Positions 33,955-34,613 of a DNA stretch of 34,613 bases are shown piece by piece (the stretch's first letter is position 1; every line of letters begins with the position of its first letter). Origin of the DNA: a virus; IMG/VR virus record IMGVR_UViG_3300045988_126502, positions 1-34,613 of that record. One strand, 5' to 3'. The translations under genes and the position numbers were made by a program. The notes beneath the pieces are model-generated. The model was not told the origin of the DNA and ran no database searches. It saw only the letters and a program-made list of their open reading frames with translations.

Positions 33955-33983
33955 TTGACAAAAATAGAATTAAATGTTACAAT
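33955..33983 (+). promoter_or_regulatory. Near-consensus promoter TTGACA-17-(TGt)TACAAT upstream of the TA module
   Basis: TTGACA at 33955-33960, a 17-nt spacer ending in TGT, TACAAT at 33978-33983. Confidence 0.6.
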
Positions 33984-34157
33984 TATATTACAAATATTAC
34001 AGAAATAAGTTGTTTTTGTTAATATTTTGTTACAATTATTTATTTTTTAAAATACTTTGTTATAATCTTAGTGGAAATATTTTGCTATTATCGCAGAATA
34101 TGACACTTTTTTTCTTATTTGATGTATTATAATATATCAAAAGAAAGGAGTGTACTT

Positions 34158-34361
34158 ATGAGAAAGATTGGAGGAGTAAATATGGATGCAATAGCTCATT
34201 TAACAGGTAGACTTACAAAAGAAAAAGAAAACAAGAGATATTGTACAGTATATGAATCTCTTGAACAAAGTTTAAAGGAAGTAAAATTAATTAAAGATGG
34301 TAAAATTAAGCCAAAGACATGGAGAGAACTTCTTAAAGAATTGAAAGAGGATGGAGAGTAG
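34158..34361 (+). CDS. Putative antitoxin of the RelE/ParE-type module
   Basis: AAAGGAG RBS before the ATG at 34158 (an alternative ATG is at 34182). It is small and charged, and ends 6 nt before the toxin start. The C-terminus 'SLEQSLKEVKLIKDGKIKPKTWRELLKEL' resembles small antitoxin-like proteins. Confidence 0.5.
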   Translation: MRKIGGVNMDAIAHLTGRLTKEKENKRYCTVYESLEQSLKEVKLIKDGKIKPKTWRELLKELKEDGE

Positions 34362-34367
34362 ATAAAA

Positions 34368-34613
34368 ATGCAATATGAAGTCATACCAACACCAAAATTT
34401 GAAAGAGATTTGAAAAAACTAGGAAGAAAAGATAAAGGTATAGGAAATGATATTGAACCAGTTTTAGAAAAATTGGAAGAAGGAGATTTTCAAGGCGATG
34501 TTATTCCAATGAGACTAAAAGATAATAACAATATGGCTATAAAAATAAGAATAGCAAGTACTAGTAGAAAGATTGGAAAATCAGGTGCGTATAGACTTAT
34601 ATGTTATGCAGAA
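34368..34613 (+). CDS. RelE/ParE-family toxin, N-terminal part (continues at 1-170 across the circular junction)
   Basis: The ATG at 34368 begins MQYEVIPTPKFERDLKKLGRKDKGIGNDIEPVLEKLEEGDFQGDVIPMRLKD.... There is no stop before the window end, and the frame continues into 3-170. Confidence 0.7.
   Translation, partial: MQYEVIPTPKFERDLKKLGRKDKGIGNDIEPVLEKLEEGDFQGDVIPMRLKDNNNMAIKIRIASTSRKIGKSGAYRLICYAE
34495..34613. repeat. Terminal direct repeat, copy 2 (identical to 1-119)
   Basis: Same 119-nt string as the window start. It lies inside the toxin ORF, which reads through the junction in frame. Confidence 0.95.

Noticed and set aside
1-34613. Stop-codon reassignment (alternative genetic code) as the explanation for the fragmented genes
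   Set aside because: TAA, TAG and TGA all terminate well-supported genes (e.g. TAG 455-457, TGA 168-170 and 3472-3474). The fragmented genes are offset in frame rather than interrupted by in-frame stops.

Overview
The window is a complete, circularly closed dsDNA tailed-phage genome. The first 119 nt are identical to the last 119 nt, so the unit length is 34,494 bp. It is AT-rich (roughly 30% GC by eye), uses strong GGAGG-type ribosome-binding sites, and looks like a siphovirus of a low-GC Firmicute, probably Clostridia-like. All genes but one are on the + strand.

Gene order around the circle:
- 34.1 kb to 0.46 kb: an accessory module with a RelE/ParE-type toxin-antitoxin pair that straddles the junction, plus two tiny ORFs.
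- 447-1127 (- strand): a lone antisense zinc-ribbon/DUF4145-like gene with its own strong promoter.
- 1.2-10.7 kb: early genes, including a Rad52/Sak-like annealing protein, a YqaJ-like exonuclease, a DUF1376 replisome organizer, a G39P-like loader, DUF1064, YopX and many small ORFs.
- 10.2-10.8 kb: a RinA/ArpU-like late regulator, followed by five 11-bp phased repeats and an extended -10 promoter.
- 11.0-12.6 kb: a two-gene moron and a tRNA-Ser(UGA).
- 13.4-18.3 kb: terS, terL, portal and a MuF-like minor capsid protein.
- 19.1-23.7 kb: scaffold, major capsid, connector proteins, major tail protein and tail chaperone.
- 23.8-24.5 kb: a self-contained membrane-protein moron inside the tail module.
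- 24.5-32.3 kb: tape measure, tail tip and fibre genes.
- 32.3-33.9 kb: lysis cassette.

No integrase, CI/Cro-like repressor or partition gene is visible.

The most unusual signal is seven +1 reading-frame breaks in six genes. The genes are terL, the MuF-like minor capsid protein, an HK97-gp10-like protein, the tail tip protein, the tail fibre (two breaks) and one early gene. Each break lies exactly at an in-frame CGG codon, and I found no other in-frame CGG in the genome. This fits either systematic +1 recoding at an unassigned or starved CGG codon, or a very peculiar systematic sequence artefact.

All family assignments come from motif recognition by eye, not from database searches.
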